From: Okeania sp.
GTDB taxonomy: Bacteria; Cyanobacteriota; Cyanobacteriia; Cyanobacteriales; Microcoleaceae
Assembly: GCF_035285525.1 (NCBI RefSeq)
Contig: NZ_JAYKGW010000154.1
Coordinates: forward strand, 5,870-37,869
Length of the DNA stretch: 32,000 nucleotides
Direction: 5' to 3'
This document shows positions 1 to 8,754 of this stretch, in pieces (position 1 is the first letter of the stretch; the number at the start of each line of letters is the position of its first letter). Made by a program: the position numbers and the translations under genes. Under the pieces are notes generated by a model. The model searched no databases, was not told where the DNA came from, and saw only the letters and a list, made by a program, of their open reading frames with translations.

Positions 1-1331
1 ATTTAGAAAAATTACTTGCAGAATCTTGTAAAAAAGTTTCTCCAACTGTACCATCAGAGTACCCCCTAAATCCAAAAATGGCAACTTGGTTAGAAGAAGT
101 ACGCGATCGCGCAGCCACTTGGGTGCGTGAGTTGAGTATCCCTACTAAGCAAGATGAGGAATGGCGCTTTAATAACTTATCTCTAATGATGAAGTTAAAT
201 TTTCAAGCGTCCGCTCCAGTAAATTTAGATGTTTTAAATATTGCTCACTTGATTTTACCGGAAGCAATAAATAGTCGCTTGGTATTTGTGAATGGAGTAT
301 TTGCACCAAAGTTGTCATCCCTGACAGATATAGAAAATGAGGTATTTGTGGGCAACTTGGGACAGTTACCAACCGAATATCAAGAGCGCATCGGTAATTA
401 TTTGGCGAAACAACCAGGAACTCAAGAAGTATTTACTTCCCTGAATACTGCTGGTTTAACTGATGCAGCGGTGGTATGGTTGCCAAAAAATGCGGTGGTG
501 GAGAAACCAATACATCTATTATTTATTGCTACTCAGACGGAAGTTCCCATATTGACTCAACGTCGTTGTTTAGTAGTAGCTGAATGTAATAGTAGCGCGA
601 CAATAGTTGAGCATTGTGTGACAGCACAAATAATTTGTCCGGAAGCACCAACTTCTCAACCCTATCTGACAAATACGGTGACAGAAATATGGGTGGAGGA
701 AAATGCAGAAATTAATCATACCAGGATACAACGAGATGCAGGAGCAGCATTTCATATCGGCAAAACAGCGATCGCTCAAGCTAAAAATAGTCGTTATACT
801 GGTAATGCTATTAATTTAGGAGGGAGGTTATTTCGTCATAATTTACAAGTTACTCAAATGGGTGAGGGAACGGAAACTAATCTTTATGGTTTAGCGTTTA
901 TTGGTAATGAGCAAGAAGCGGATACTCATAGCAACATTATTTTGAATCATCCGAATGGTGTGAGCGAGCAAATTTATAAGTGTATTGTTGATGATAAAGC
1001 ACATTCTATATTTAATGGCAAAGTTTATGTTTCTCAAACTGCACAATTGACAAATGCTGCTCAATTAAATCGTAATTTATTACTTTCTTCTGGAGGGAGG
1101 GTTGATACAAAACCGCAGTTAGAAATTATTGCGGATAATGTGCAATGTTCTCATGGAGCAACTGTTAGTCAGTTGGAAGATGATGAGGTGTTTTATTTAC
1201 AAAGTCGGGGTATAAATAAAGAGGCAAGTCGTAATTTATTAATTGATGCTTTTGCCGCTGAAATTCTGAATAAAATGCCTCTACCTTCTTTGCAAAAAAT
1301 TTTAAAACAATGTGTTGCTTGTAAGGTTTAA
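1..1331 (+). CDS. sufD: Fe-S cluster assembly protein SufD (probably 5'-truncated by the window edge)
   Basis: The 417-aa ORF-track protein has an N-terminal EEWRFNNLS and the C-terminal SufB/D block LNRNLLLSSGGRVDTKPQLEIIADNVQCSHGATVSQLEDDEVFYLQSRGI. It lies directly upstream of sufS. The frame is open from nt 3 up to the ATG at 78 (LEKLLAESCKKVSPTVPSEYPLNPK-M), so the real start may lie left of the window. Confidence 0.9.
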   Translation, partial: LEKLLAESCKKVSPTVPSEYPLNPKMATWLEEVRDRAATWVRELSIPTKQDEEWRFNNLSLMMKLNFQASAPVNLDVLNIAHLILPEAINSRLVFVNGVFAPKLSSLTDIENEVFVGNLGQLPTEYQERIGNYLAKQPGTQEVFTSLNTAGLTDAAVVWLPKNAVVEKPIHLLFIATQTEVPILTQRRCLVVAECNSSATIVEHCVTAQIICPEAPTSQPYLTNTVTEIWVEENAEINHTRIQRDAGAAFHIGKTAIAQAKNSRYTGNAINLGGRLFRHNLQVTQMGEGTETNLYGLAFIGNEQEADTHSNIILNHPNGVSEQIYKCIVDDKAHSIFNGKVYVSQTAQLTNAAQLNRNLLLSSGGRVDTKPQLEIIADNVQCSHGATVSQLEDDEVFYLQSRGINKEASRNLLIDAFAAEILNKMPLPSLQKILKQCVACKV

Positions 1332-1382
1332 AAGAAGGAGGAAGGAAGAAGTAAGAAGGAGGAAGTAAGAAGGAGGAAGGTA
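1331..1382. repeat. Polypurine tract (GAAGGAGG / GAAGTAAGAAGGAG units) abutting the sufD stop codon
   Basis: aaagaaggaggaaggaagaagtaagaaggaggaagtaagaaggaggaaggtaaa is almost pure A/G on the + strand. GAAGTAAGAAGGAG is directly repeated. Confidence 0.85.
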
Positions 1383-1421
1383 AATTAAAAAGTTGATTTA
1401 GATTTATGTTATGGTTGACTT

Positions 1422-1955
1422 TCGGTAAAATTAAATATCTTGGGGATTTGGTCTCCAAACCCGATACCAAACTTGTAATTTTTACCAATAAACATATTCA
1501 GAAAAGGTTCTGAAACTATTAATAAAATTTCAGATTTTTCTTGCCTCCATGACTGGAAATACTAATAATTCAATATGGTTTAATTAAGGATTTTTTTGCA
1601 GTTATGTAATATTCAAACTCATACAATCCTTTGATGTAAAATGTCATAGTATCGGTAAAATTAAATATCTTGGGGGTTGGGAGACCAAACGCCTACCAAA
1701 CTTAGAATTTTTACCAATGAACATATTCAGAAAATGTTCTGAAAATATAAATTCAATATCCTAGGATTTTGGCTTCCCAATCCTCTACCAAAATTGAAAT
1801 TTTCACCAATGAACATATTCAGAAAAGGATTTTTTTGCAGTTATGTAATATTCAAACTCATATAATCCTTTAACATCAAATCTGATAATATCGGTAAAAT
1901 TTAATATCTTGGGGTTTGGAGACCAAACCCCTACCAAATTTGGAGTTTTTACTTT
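1422..1955. repeat. Composite dispersed-repeat array (about 239-bp unit) filling the sufD-sufS spacer
   Basis: tcggtaaaat(t)taaatatcttgggg..GG(A/T)(G/C)(A/T)CCAAAC..accaaa..tttttacc aat(g/a)aacatattcagaaaa(g/t)gttctgaaa starts at 1422, 1652 and 1891, with a degenerate copy near 1757. aaggatttttttgcagttatgtaatattcaaactcata starts at 1586 and 1825. Spacing is 230-239 bp. Confidence 0.9.
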
Positions 1956-2010
1956 GCCAAAAACTATATAGTAAAATACTTCCCAAAAACCTCTAGGATT
2001 TATCAATATG

Positions 2011-2039
2011 TGTAAGGGCGAATGGCATTCGCCCCTACA
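2011..2039. repeat. 29-nt near-perfect palindrome tgtaagggcgaatg-g-cattcgcccctaca
   Basis: The arms are reverse complements with one mismatch. It is a GC-rich island in AT-rich DNA, resembling cyanobacterial small palindromic repeats. Confidence 0.8.
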
Positions 2040-2051
2040 ATATAGATTATC

Positions 2052-2088
2052 ATAACTGATAACTGATAACTGAAAAAGCTGATAACTG
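2052..2088. repeat. Heptamer short tandem repeat (ATAACTG x3, plus one more copy after a 9-nt gap) just upstream of the sufS ATG
   Basis: ataactg ataactg ataactg aaaaagctg ataactg was read directly. The reverse-complement motif cagttatcagttat recurs at 22650-22663. Confidence 0.85.
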
Positions 2089-2094
2089 AAACAG

Positions 2095-3357
2095 ATGACT
2101 ATTATTCAAGAAAAAACTTTAGCAGACAAAACCCGCGCAGATTTTCCAATTTTAAATCAGAAAATAAATGGTAAACCACTGGTTTATTTAGATAATGCTG
2201 CTACTTCCCAAAAACCTCTAACAGTTTTAAATACTTGGCAGAAATATTATCTCAAATATAATGCCAATGTACACCGAGGTATTCATACTTTAAGCTCCAA
2301 AGCAACAGATGCTTATGAAGGAGCAAGAGATAAAGTAGCTACTTTTATTAATGCTGCATCTCGGAATGAAATTGTTTATACTCGAAATGCTAGTGAAGCT
2401 ATTAATTTAGTTGCCTATTCTTGGGGTTTAAATAATCTCAAACCAGGAGACGAAATAATTGTTTCTGTTATCGAACATCATAGTAATTTTGTTCCTTGGC
2501 AAATGATTGCTCAAAAAACTGGAGCAGTTTTAAAATTTGTCGAACTAACAGAAACTCAAGAATTTAATTTAGAACAATATAAAACCTTAGTTTCCGACAA
2601 AACCAAGTTAGTAGCAGTCGGTCATATTTCTAATGTTTTAGGTTGTATTAATCCAGTCAAAGAAATTTGTTCAATTGCTCATCAAAATGGAGCCAAAGTC
2701 TTAATAGATGCTTGCCAAAGTGTACCTCATACTGTAGTAAATGTACAAGAAATAAACTGTGATTGGTTAGTAGCTTCAGGTCATAAAATGTGCGCTCCTA
2801 CTGGTATTGGTTTTCTCTATGGAAAATTAGAATTACTAGAAGAAATGCCACCATTTTTAGGAGGAGGTGAAATGATTTCCGAAGTATTTCTTGACCATTC
2901 CACCTATGCAGAATTACCCCATAAATTTGAAGCAGGAACCCCAGCTATTGGAGAAGCGATCGCTCTGGGTGCAGCAGTAGATTATCTGACAAATATAGGT
3001 ATGGAAAATATCCATAATTATGAAGCAGAATTAACTGCTTATTTGTTTAAAAAATTAGGTCAAATTCCTGAAATTACTATTTACGGACCTCAACCAAATA
3101 GTGATGGTGAAGGTAGAGCAGCATTAGCATCTTTTACAGTAGAAAATATTCATCCCAATGATTTATCAACAATGTTAGATGAAGCAGGAATAGCTATTCG
3201 TTCTGGTCATCATTGCGCTCAACCTTTACATCAATATTTAAAAGTTTCATCCACCGCAAGAGCAAGTTTATCTTTCTATAATACTCGTGATGATATTGAT
3301 GCTTTTATTATTGCTTTAAAAGACACAATCGAATTTTTTGCTAATATTATGGGTTAA
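2095..3357 (+). CDS. sufS: Cysteine desulfurase SufS (group II, PLP-dependent)
   Basis: 420 aa with the PLP-lysine motif [13 protein letters not shown] and the catalytic-Cys loop [11 protein letters not shown]-terminal DFPIL....[16 protein letters not shown]. Located downstream of sufD. Confidence 0.95.
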   Translation: MTIIQEKTLADKTRADFPILNQKINGKPLVYLDNAATSQKPLTVLNTWQKYYLKYNANVHRGIHTLSSKATDAYEGARDKVATFINAASRNEIVYTRNASEAINLVAYSWGLNNLKPGDEIIVSVIEHHSNFVPWQMIAQKTGAVLKFVELTETQEFNLEQYKTLVSDKTKLVAVGHISNVLGCINPVKEICSIAHQNGAKVLIDACQSVPHTVVNVQEINCDWLVASGHKMCAPTGIGFLYGKLELLEEMPPFLGGGEMISEVFLDHSTYAELPHKFEAGTPAIGEAIALGAAVDYLTNIGMENIHNYEAELTAYLFKKLGQIPEITIYGPQPNSDGEGRAALASFTVENIHPNDLSTMLDEAGIAIRSGHHCAQPLHQYLKVSSTARASLSFYNTRDDIDAFIIALKDTIEFFANIMG

Positions 3358-3360
3358 ACT

Positions 3361-3395
3361 AAGGAAGAAGGAAGAAGAAAGAAGAAATTTTTTTT
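3361..3395. repeat. Polypurine tract (27 nt) followed by T8, 3 nt after the sufS stop
   Basis: aaggaagaaggaagaagaaagaagaaa then tttttttt. The composition and position relative to the stop codon match the tract after sufD. Confidence 0.85.
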
Positions 3396-3420
3396 CCAAC
3401 TAATATAAGTTGTAACATTT

Positions 3421-3610
3421 TATAGAACCCCTAATCGTATCTTTGCAAAAGTGAGGATTTAAAGAAAGGAGTCAGGAGTGAGGATTTCCAGAAATAGAAT
3501 AGAGAAAAAAGTATAAAAATACCCCCATTATGCACCATCTACCCTACTCCCCTACTCCCCTACTCCCCTACTCCCCAGCTAATTTTATAGAGCAGCTTAG
3601 GGGTTCTATA
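3421..3610. mobile_element. MITE-like 190-bp element with perfect 14-bp terminal inverted repeats
   Basis: tatagaacccctaa (3421-3434) is the exact reverse complement of ttaggggttctata (3597-3610). The interior has no ORF. It contains purine-rich ggagtcaggagtgagga, partly complementary to the CCCCTACT octamer run. Confidence 0.6.
3542..3576. repeat. Octamer tandem repeat CCCCTACT (about 4.4 copies)
   Basis: ccctact cccctact cccctact cccctact cccc was read directly. Confidence 0.9.
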
Positions 3611-3633
3611 GTAGGGGTTTGGAGACCAAACCC
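3611..3633. repeat. GGTTTGG-AGA-CCAAACC hairpin repeat (family copy)
   Basis: gtaggggtttggagaccaaaccc. The same 17-nt quasi-palindrome, with an AGA or TCT centre, occurs at 1447-1462, 1676-1690, 1914-1930, 3843-3864, 20140-20184, 22608-22627 and 22851-22867. Confidence 0.85.
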
Positions 3634-3644
3634 AAGCTAAAACG

Positions 3645-3768
3645 GTGCGTTACGACAGATTATTAAATGCCTTTTTATAGTTAATTTGTGTGGGTATTTT
3701 CATGTTTAATCTCAGCCGTTTCGCTGCGCGGCATGAAAAACGCAGCTTTGCGAAACGCAAAAACGCAC
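3645..3768. repeat. GC-rich nested inverted-repeat island (candidate structured element)
   Basis: The outer arms gtgcgtt (3645-3651) and aacgcac (3762-3768) pair. The inner arms cgtttcgctgcg (3717-3728) and cgcagctttgcgaaacg (3741-3757) also pair. There is no ORF. Confidence 0.4.
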
Positions 3769-3842
3769 TCTACAAACTTTGTTAATCATACTGCTATAAA
3801 ATGTTCAATTTTTTTTACTAATATAAATTGTAACGTTTTATA

Positions 3843-3864
3843 GTAGGGGTTGGGTCTCCAAACC
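3843..3864. repeat. GGTTGGG-TCT-CCAAACC hairpin repeat (family copy, opposite orientation)
   Basis: gtaggggttgggtctccaaacc. It is preceded by ttttttttactaatataaattgtaacgttttatag, which also occurs at 3388-3424. Confidence 0.8.
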
Positions 3865-3894
3865 AAATCAAAAATGTGATTTGAAAACCAAAAA

Positions 3895-3922
3895 GTAGGG
3901 AAGTTGTATGCAACGTCCCTAC
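3895..3922. repeat. 28-nt palindrome GTAGGGA(A/C)GTTG-TATG-CAACGTCCCTAC (copy 1)
   Basis: gtagggaagttgtatgcaacgtccctac. Near-identical copies are at 24579-24606 (inside a PKS gene) and 29099-29122. Confidence 0.9.
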
Positions 3923-3973
3923 AGGTTTATAATTTATCAAATTACAAATTTTTTCCAACTAATAGAGGTTATT

Positions 3974-4351
3974 ATGAGAGAGTGGAATCTAAATAAACTG
4001 ATAGTTATTAACTTAATTATTTTGAATATTGCGATTATTTTCCTAGCAGTAGCCTTAATTTTTTCACCCTATCAAACTTTAGCAACTTCTCTTCCTGAAA
4101 CTAAAGAAAAAACCGAGCCAAAAATTGAATCAATAAATTCAGAAAAGTTAGCTCAGAGTAGGAAGATAAAATATGAATATAAAGTTGAATATCAATTTGG
4201 TTTTCCTCAAAGTGAGCAAGAAAGAAGCCAATATACAGAAGCTTTAAATAATGCTGGAAAAGATGGATGGGAATTAAGTCAAACTGATGTTGTTTTTAAT
4301 CCTACTAACGGACGAGGATTATATATCCTCATTTTCAAAAGACAAAAATAA
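3974..4351 (+). CDS. Small membrane-anchored protein with a DUF4177-like C-terminal domain
   Basis: The ATG at 3974 is preceded by gaggt. There is an N-terminal TM helix (LIVINLIILNIAIIFLAVALIF). The C-terminal KYEYKVEY....LNNAGKDGWELSQ....LYILIFKRQK matches my recollection of the DUF4177 pattern. The longer track start at 3908 lies inside the palindromic repeat. Confidence 0.6.
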   Translation: MREWNLNKLIVINLIILNIAIIFLAVALIFSPYQTLATSLPETKEKTEPKIESINSEKLAQSRKIKYEYKVEYQFGFPQSEQERSQYTEALNNAGKDGWELSQTDVVFNPTNGRGLYILIFKRQK

Positions 4352-4533
4352 ATCTTAATTCTTATCTTCAAAATGTGGAAAAAACCTAACTGCCAATCCC
4401 CTTTCCTGCTGCCATATTTCAAAGCTATCCCTTGTTTAATTGGGAAAATAGCAAAAATATCAAAAGACAATTTATCATACTAAAAAAAAGCTATCATACT
4501 GTCAAGCTGAAGATAGAAGAAATAGAAAAAATT

Positions 4534-5142
4534 ATGTCAAAAACTAAACCATATCAACCTTTTTTGCTCCGTTTATTTCATAATATCAATGGTTTATTAG
4601 TAATAGCTTGTATAATTACAGGATTTTTGGTTTATGACAGTTGGGATGGTAGATTTGGCAAAATCGGTTTGACTATCAAAAACCGTAGTTTAATAGATAT
4701 TCATGGAACTTTTGCTTTTGCTTTATTCTTTGTATTTTTGGGATTTATTATAGTTAGTATTAAAGTTGGTAAAAGCCGTTTAGTCAAATCAGATGATTGG
4801 CAAAAATTGACAAAGAACGTGGGTAAAAATATTTGGTGGTATACACTGCATCGCGCAGTGAATACCACAATTTTATTCTCAGCAATACTATCAATAGGTT
4901 CAGGGAAATTTCAAAATGAAAATTGGTTGGCTAATGGTGAAATTTATCATTTTTGGTACTCCCTGCATCTGATAAGTTGGCTAATCATGTTATTGGCGAT
5001 CGCTACTCACTTATTAATGAGTACTAAAGTAGGTGGATATCCTCTCATTTTATCCATGTTTAATACCAAATATATGCCCCAAGAAAGCCCGAAATTATGG
5101 CTAGAAAAAATTATAGTTTGGTTAAAACACCCTAGATGGTAA
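4534..5142 (+). CDS. Cytochrome b561 / Ni-hydrogenase b-type cytochrome-like four-helix membrane protein
   Basis: There are four predicted TM helices, each with a conserved-looking His (LFHNINGLL, IDIHGTFAF, YTLHRAVNT, YSLHLISWL), the bis-haem ligand pattern of PF01292-type proteins. The start is taken at MSKTKPY (4534). The track start at 4432 adds a Lys-rich non-membrane leader. Confidence 0.55.
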   Translation: MSKTKPYQPFLLRLFHNINGLLVIACIITGFLVYDSWDGRFGKIGLTIKNRSLIDIHGTFAFALFFVFLGFIIVSIKVGKSRLVKSDDWQKLTKNVGKNIWWYTLHRAVNTTILFSAILSIGSGKFQNENWLANGEIYHFWYSLHLISWLIMLLAIATHLLMSTKVGGYPLILSMFNTKYMPQESPKLWLEKIIVWLKHPRW

Positions 5143-5221
5143 TTCAATAATTAACATTGTTCATTATTAATTGCTAAACTCTTTTTTATAAATAAGAGAA
5201 CTGACTAAAATTATGATTTTT

Positions 5222-5461
5222 TCTTTTTTCTCCATGAATAGAAAGCCTTTATACCTGAATTTTTCCGGTGTATCTCATATTTGCCAAAATACTTTTTTCC
5301 TATTGTCAATTTTTAGTTTTGAAAGATAGTTGCTTCTTTACATTAAAATTCACATTTGACACTCCATAATGTAAAAAAAATACTTCAGTAGAAGGTAACA
5401 ATAACTGATAAATGCTCGGAAAATAAAGGTATAAAGTTTCTCCATGAATGGAGAAAAAATA
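5222..5461. repeat. About 35-bp inverted repeats flanking 170 bp of AT-rich non-coding DNA (MITE-like)
   Basis: The left arm tcttttttctccatgaatagaaagcctttatacct (5222-5256) pairs with the reverse complement of aggtataaagtttctccatgaatggagaaaaaata (5427-5461). It lies between two convergent genes. Confidence 0.55.
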
Positions 5462-5510
5462 AACAAATTCCTTTTAGTTAATCCTCTTTTTTATTAAGAA
5501 GAGGTAATTA

Positions 5511-6752
5511 TTAATTGTTAGTCATAGCTATCATGCGATCATAAACATAACGAGATAACTGAGGAAATATCTCCTGATCATTATGATAAGCAGCATCTTC
5601 TCCAAAAATAGCCAAAATATAAATAGCTTTATCATCCAAAGTTCTGACAAACGCTACCTCCATACGATGTTTAGTAGTCAAACCAACTTTAGAACCAAAA
5701 TAAATATTAGGAGGTAAAGACTCACCCAAAAAACCTTTAATATTGTCAGTATCATCTGGCAATGCTCCCGGTCTTAAATCTCTCGTTAATAAATAAGCCA
5801 TTCTCGTGCTATATTTCTGTGAAACTGCCTGCCTAGTGTATATTTCATACATTAATCGAATAGCATGGTCAGTGGAAATTAAATTGCTCAGAAACTTACC
5901 ATTTTCTTGTCTTAGTTGGCGATCGCGACCTACCGGACCAGTTTGACTAGGAGAATATATAGGGTAATTTTTCGTACTCACAATTAAACCTTGATAACCT
6001 GCTTTTTGAAAAAAATCATTGACTGACTTTCTTTTTTCTAACCAAGTATTTAATTTTTCTCCTGCTAATTCATCTCCGGATTTCGTATTAGTAATTGCAT
6101 CCAAAATTATACCAGCAGAATCATTATGAGACTTCTGCATCATCAATTTTAAATCTTCATGGAACTTAGATTCATCATCAATCAAACCTTGTTCAACTGC
6201 CCCATAAAATGCAGCCATCCAAAATAATTTAGCCACACTAGCAGGATATCTCAAAACTTGATTTTGATATCCAGCAAATGTGTGAACATCTTGGTTACTA
6301 ACATCTATTAAACTAATAGATAAAGACTCTGTAGGTAGCCCTTTTTCTGTAACAATATTAACTAATTCATTAACTACTTCTTGTAACTGTGAACTAAAGC
6401 GTTTGTATGGTTCTTTACGAACATTATAGGCAAACCCTAAATCTTCAAGAGGTTGTTCTGGAACTGGGGAAACATAAGGTGGTACAAGAGTAGGTGATAG
6501 AGAAGATTCAGGAGTAGATATAGATGTTTCTGAAACTGGACGGCCTCTAAAAGGCAAACTAATAACCCAGCTAACTGTCATTAGTAAAGCAACTAAAATC
6601 AATATATTTTTATATTTTAACTTTGATAATATTACTTTTGCATTTTGAGTTTTAACTCGTCGAGGTACTTTAACTGGTCGTTGCTTAACTACCGGATATG
6701 ATGGACGAACTCGACGACTAAATGTCTTAGGTGGTAGCTTTTCTGCTTGCAT
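5511..6752 (-). CDS. Membrane-anchored serine hydrolase, class A beta-lactamase fold
   Basis: 413 aa with an N-terminal basic region plus a TM helix (ILILVALLMTVSWVISL). It has the S-x-x-K motif (PASVAKLFW), an S-x-N motif (KSHND) and a KTG-like motif (SKVGLT). Confidence 0.75.
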   Translation of the reverse strand: MQAEKLPPKTFSRRVRPSYPVVKQRPVKVPRRVKTQNAKVILSKLKYKNILILVALLMTVSWVISLPFRGRPVSETSISTPESSLSPTLVPPYVSPVPEQPLEDLGFAYNVRKEPYKRFSSQLQEVVNELVNIVTEKGLPTESLSISLIDVSNQDVHTFAGYQNQVLRYPASVAKLFWMAAFYGAVEQGLIDDESKFHEDLKLMMQKSHNDSAGIILDAITNTKSGDELAGEKLNTWLEKRKSVNDFFQKAGYQGLIVSTKNYPIYSPSQTGPVGRDRQLRQENGKFLSNLISTDHAIRLMYEIYTRQAVSQKYSTRMAYLLTRDLRPGALPDDTDNIKGFLGESLPPNIYFGSKVGLTTKHRMEVAFVRTLDDKAIYILAIFGEDAAYHNDQEIFPQLSRYVYDRMIAMTNN

Positions 6753-7500
6753 TTGAATAGTATATTAGAAATATAAGTGATAATAATTTTCTTCTCTATC
6801 AAGACTCTACTATAATATATACTTAAATTTTCAACTATAATTCAGAAAATTGATTTAGAGGCCAGTATCTTTAAAGAGGATGATGAGGGTATTGTACTAT
6901 AATCATCTTTAAATTTACTTAAATTATTTGCATAATTTCAGAATCATTTATTTTAATAGGTTGGCAAATTTTTATCTGTAATCTAAATTACCAAAAGGTA
7001 CTAATTAAAACTGATATATTTTTTTGATAAAATTAAAAATAATTATCAGTTATTACTTTCAATAATCTGAATGAAATGATAGGGTCATATTTTTATATAA
7101 TAAATAATTGTATGGCAATAGTATTTGTCCCTTATGCAGCTTAAATCAACTATGATTTTCATAGCAATAATAAAATTAAAAATTGGGACTATCAAGTCAA
7201 AATGAAACTAGGGACAAATGATGAGTAACTTTATTAAAGTAACATCAAATATGATTATAGTCATCCACTGATTAGTGCCCAACTTACCTATCTTCAGCAA
7301 TATCTAAAAAATCAAGCCTGATATCTATATGTTGATTTAATAGATAAACCTTGAAGCATAGGTATTCATTCAGGAAAAAGTATTTAGTAGTTGTCCATAA
7401 AAATAAGTGGATAAAATTTACTTTTTATTTACAAAAAAGTGTTTTATTTACAAAATTATGTTAAGATAATAGCAACTCTTAAAATAAAAGGAGAAAAAAT

Positions 7501-7800
7501 ATGGCCTCAGATAAAAAGATCAAAGCAGTAACCGTTCTGCGTAGCGACGCAGATTTTGGTGGTATTCCAGATACGATTAGTGGCAGTAAAAAAACCAAGA
7601 AGAAAAAGAAAAAACAAAGTATAGGAATGCTAGAGAAGCCTGTATTAGATTTAGCTAAACAGTTTGATAAGGCAACCACCGCATACAGAGAGGGTCACGA
7701 AAAGTCTAACTCCAAAAAAAGAGATGGTTGGATCAAAGATTTACCAAAAAACAGTACCAAAGCTTTAGGTAAGTTTAAAATTCCTTTTAGCCCTTTTTAA
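7501..7800 (+). CDS. Hypothetical small lysine-rich protein (99 aa)
   Basis: A strong Shine-Dalgarno aaggag (7488-7493) lies 7 nt before the ATG. No recognisable domain. Contains a KKTKKKKKKQ run encoded by an A-rich tract. Confidence 0.4.
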   Translation: MASDKKIKAVTVLRSDADFGGIPDTISGSKKTKKKKKKQSIGMLEKPVLDLAKQFDKATTAYREGHEKSNSKKRDGWIKDLPKNSTKALGKFKIPFSPF

Positions 7801-7820
7801 TATTCCGGGAAAATCGTAAC

Positions 7821-7877
7821 GTTAGCAAAAAAATGATGATCTGAATCAAAGAGATCATAAAAATCAATGCTAACTTT
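7821..7877 (+). terminator. Candidate nested hairpin terminator after the 7501-7800 ORF
   Basis: The outer stem is gttagca (7821-7827) with tgctaac (7868-7874). The inner stem is atgatct (7836-7842) with agatcat (7852-7858). It is followed by ttt. The stems are AT-rich and the U-tract is short. Confidence 0.3.
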
Positions 7878-8123
7878 AATAGTATCTGTTAAAAAGAATA
7901 ACTTACTAGGCAAGCAGTGTCATTCAAGGGATAACCTAAGACATTGAGAGTTGAGAATACCTTTAATTCTCATATCGTTAAAGTTGGTAAGGTTTCAAGC
8001 ACTATTAAAAGCTTGTTGACTAATAGGTTATCTCGTGTGTTAGTTGTTTAGCACCTAGACAACTTGAATCCCAAAATAGCATAAAAAAAATAATTCCATT
8101 CGTAACAGCCACATTAGTTAGTT

Positions 8124-8226
8124 AGGACTTACGCATACGAAACCCGGTTTCTAGGATAAATCGTTGTTTTTGAGCAATAGCAGTCTACGATAAACTTGGT
8201 TTCTGGGATCATCTGCGTAAGTCCTG
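8124..8226. mobile_element. About 103-nt MITE with AGGACTTACGCA / TGCGTAAGTCCT terminal inverted repeats
   Basis: aggacttacgca (8124-8135) and tgcgtaagtcctg (8214-8226) are reverse complements. The interior carries acgaaacccggtttct and acgataaacttggtttct. A solitary end, caggacttaagca, is at 8328-8340. Confidence 0.7.
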
Positions 8227-8518
8227 TTAGTAAATTTATTCCTGATTACTAACGTTGTGGTTAGTTACCAAATCATTGCCAAACAAAATACTTAAATCAA
8301 AATCAAGAATATGACATTAAGCTTATACAGGACTTAAGCAAAGGCAACATATACAGCGTATGGTTCTGTGAAGCTGAGGCTAATACACCCTACTAATAGG
8401 ATTCATGGGTAAGCCGAGTTAAAAAAAATCTCTTAAAGAGATATTAATGTTATTTAGAGAGTAGATTTTAGGTATGTGATGGTATTTGACTGAAAATTTT
8501 GATGAGGAGAAATAAAAA

Positions 8519-8728
8519 ATGGTAATGTCTGGAGATAAAAAGAAAGTCCAGGAAGCAAACACCATCATACTGGAGTTTGGTTCAGCAGATAGCGATGATA
8601 TTAAAGACTTGCATTATGGTCAAGGTAAACTATTTAGAAAAATAGCTAAAGCGATCGAACAACTAAAAGAATCAGGTGAAATTGCAGAGAACATACAACC
8701 TGTAATTGCTGTTGTTAAGAAAAAATAG
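8519..8728 (+). CDS. Hypothetical small protein (69 aa)
   Basis: A Shine-Dalgarno gaggag (8504-8509) lies 9 nt before the ATG. The pattern IILEFGSADSDDIKDLHYGQGKLFRKIAKAIEQLKE....PVIAVVKKK loosely resembles small DUF-type proteins (I recall DUF6200). This is unverified. Confidence 0.45.
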   Translation: MVMSGDKKKVQEANTIILEFGSADSDDIKDLHYGQGKLFRKIAKAIEQLKESGEIAENIQPVIAVVKKK

Positions 8729-8754
8729 AAATTGATGCCGAGTAATAACTTGGT

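Noticed and set aside
1422-1955. Possible CRISPR array, because a ~25-nt motif recurs three times
   Set aside because: The spacing is 230-239 bp and the intervening sequence is itself repeated. This is a long composite unit, not unique spacers of 30-40 nt. No cas genes are nearby.
1165-2006. Minus-strand ORFs 1165-1488 and 1803-2006 from the six-frame track
   Set aside because: Both lie in the sufD 3' end or in the repeat array. Their sequences are low-complexity translations of the polypurine tract (PPSFLLPPSYFFLPPS) and of the dispersed repeats. No start context or domain is evident.
3908-3973. N-terminal extension of the 3908-4351 ORF (MQRPYRFIIYQ...)
   Set aside because: The ATG at 3908 lies inside the 28-nt palindromic repeat, which yields the same MQRPY-type reading wherever it occurs. 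The ATG at 3974 has a gaggt upstream and starts right before the TM helix.
4432-4533. N-terminal extension of the cytochrome b-like ORF from ATG 4432
   Set aside because: The extension overlaps the tail region of the previous gene and encodes a Lys-rich, non-membrane segment. MSKTKPY at 4534 gives a typical short cytoplasmic N-terminus before TM1. The longer start is not excluded.
5483-5504. Hairpin cctctt-N10-aagagg next to the 5511 stop as a terminator of the minus-strand hydrolase gene
   Set aside because: On the minus strand the stem is not followed by a T-run, and the stem is only 6 bp.
7479-7679. Minus-strand ORF antisense to the 7501-7800 ORF
   Set aside because: It is the reverse translation of the A-rich lysine run (giving FFFFLVF) and has no SD. 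The plus-strand ORF has a strong SD.
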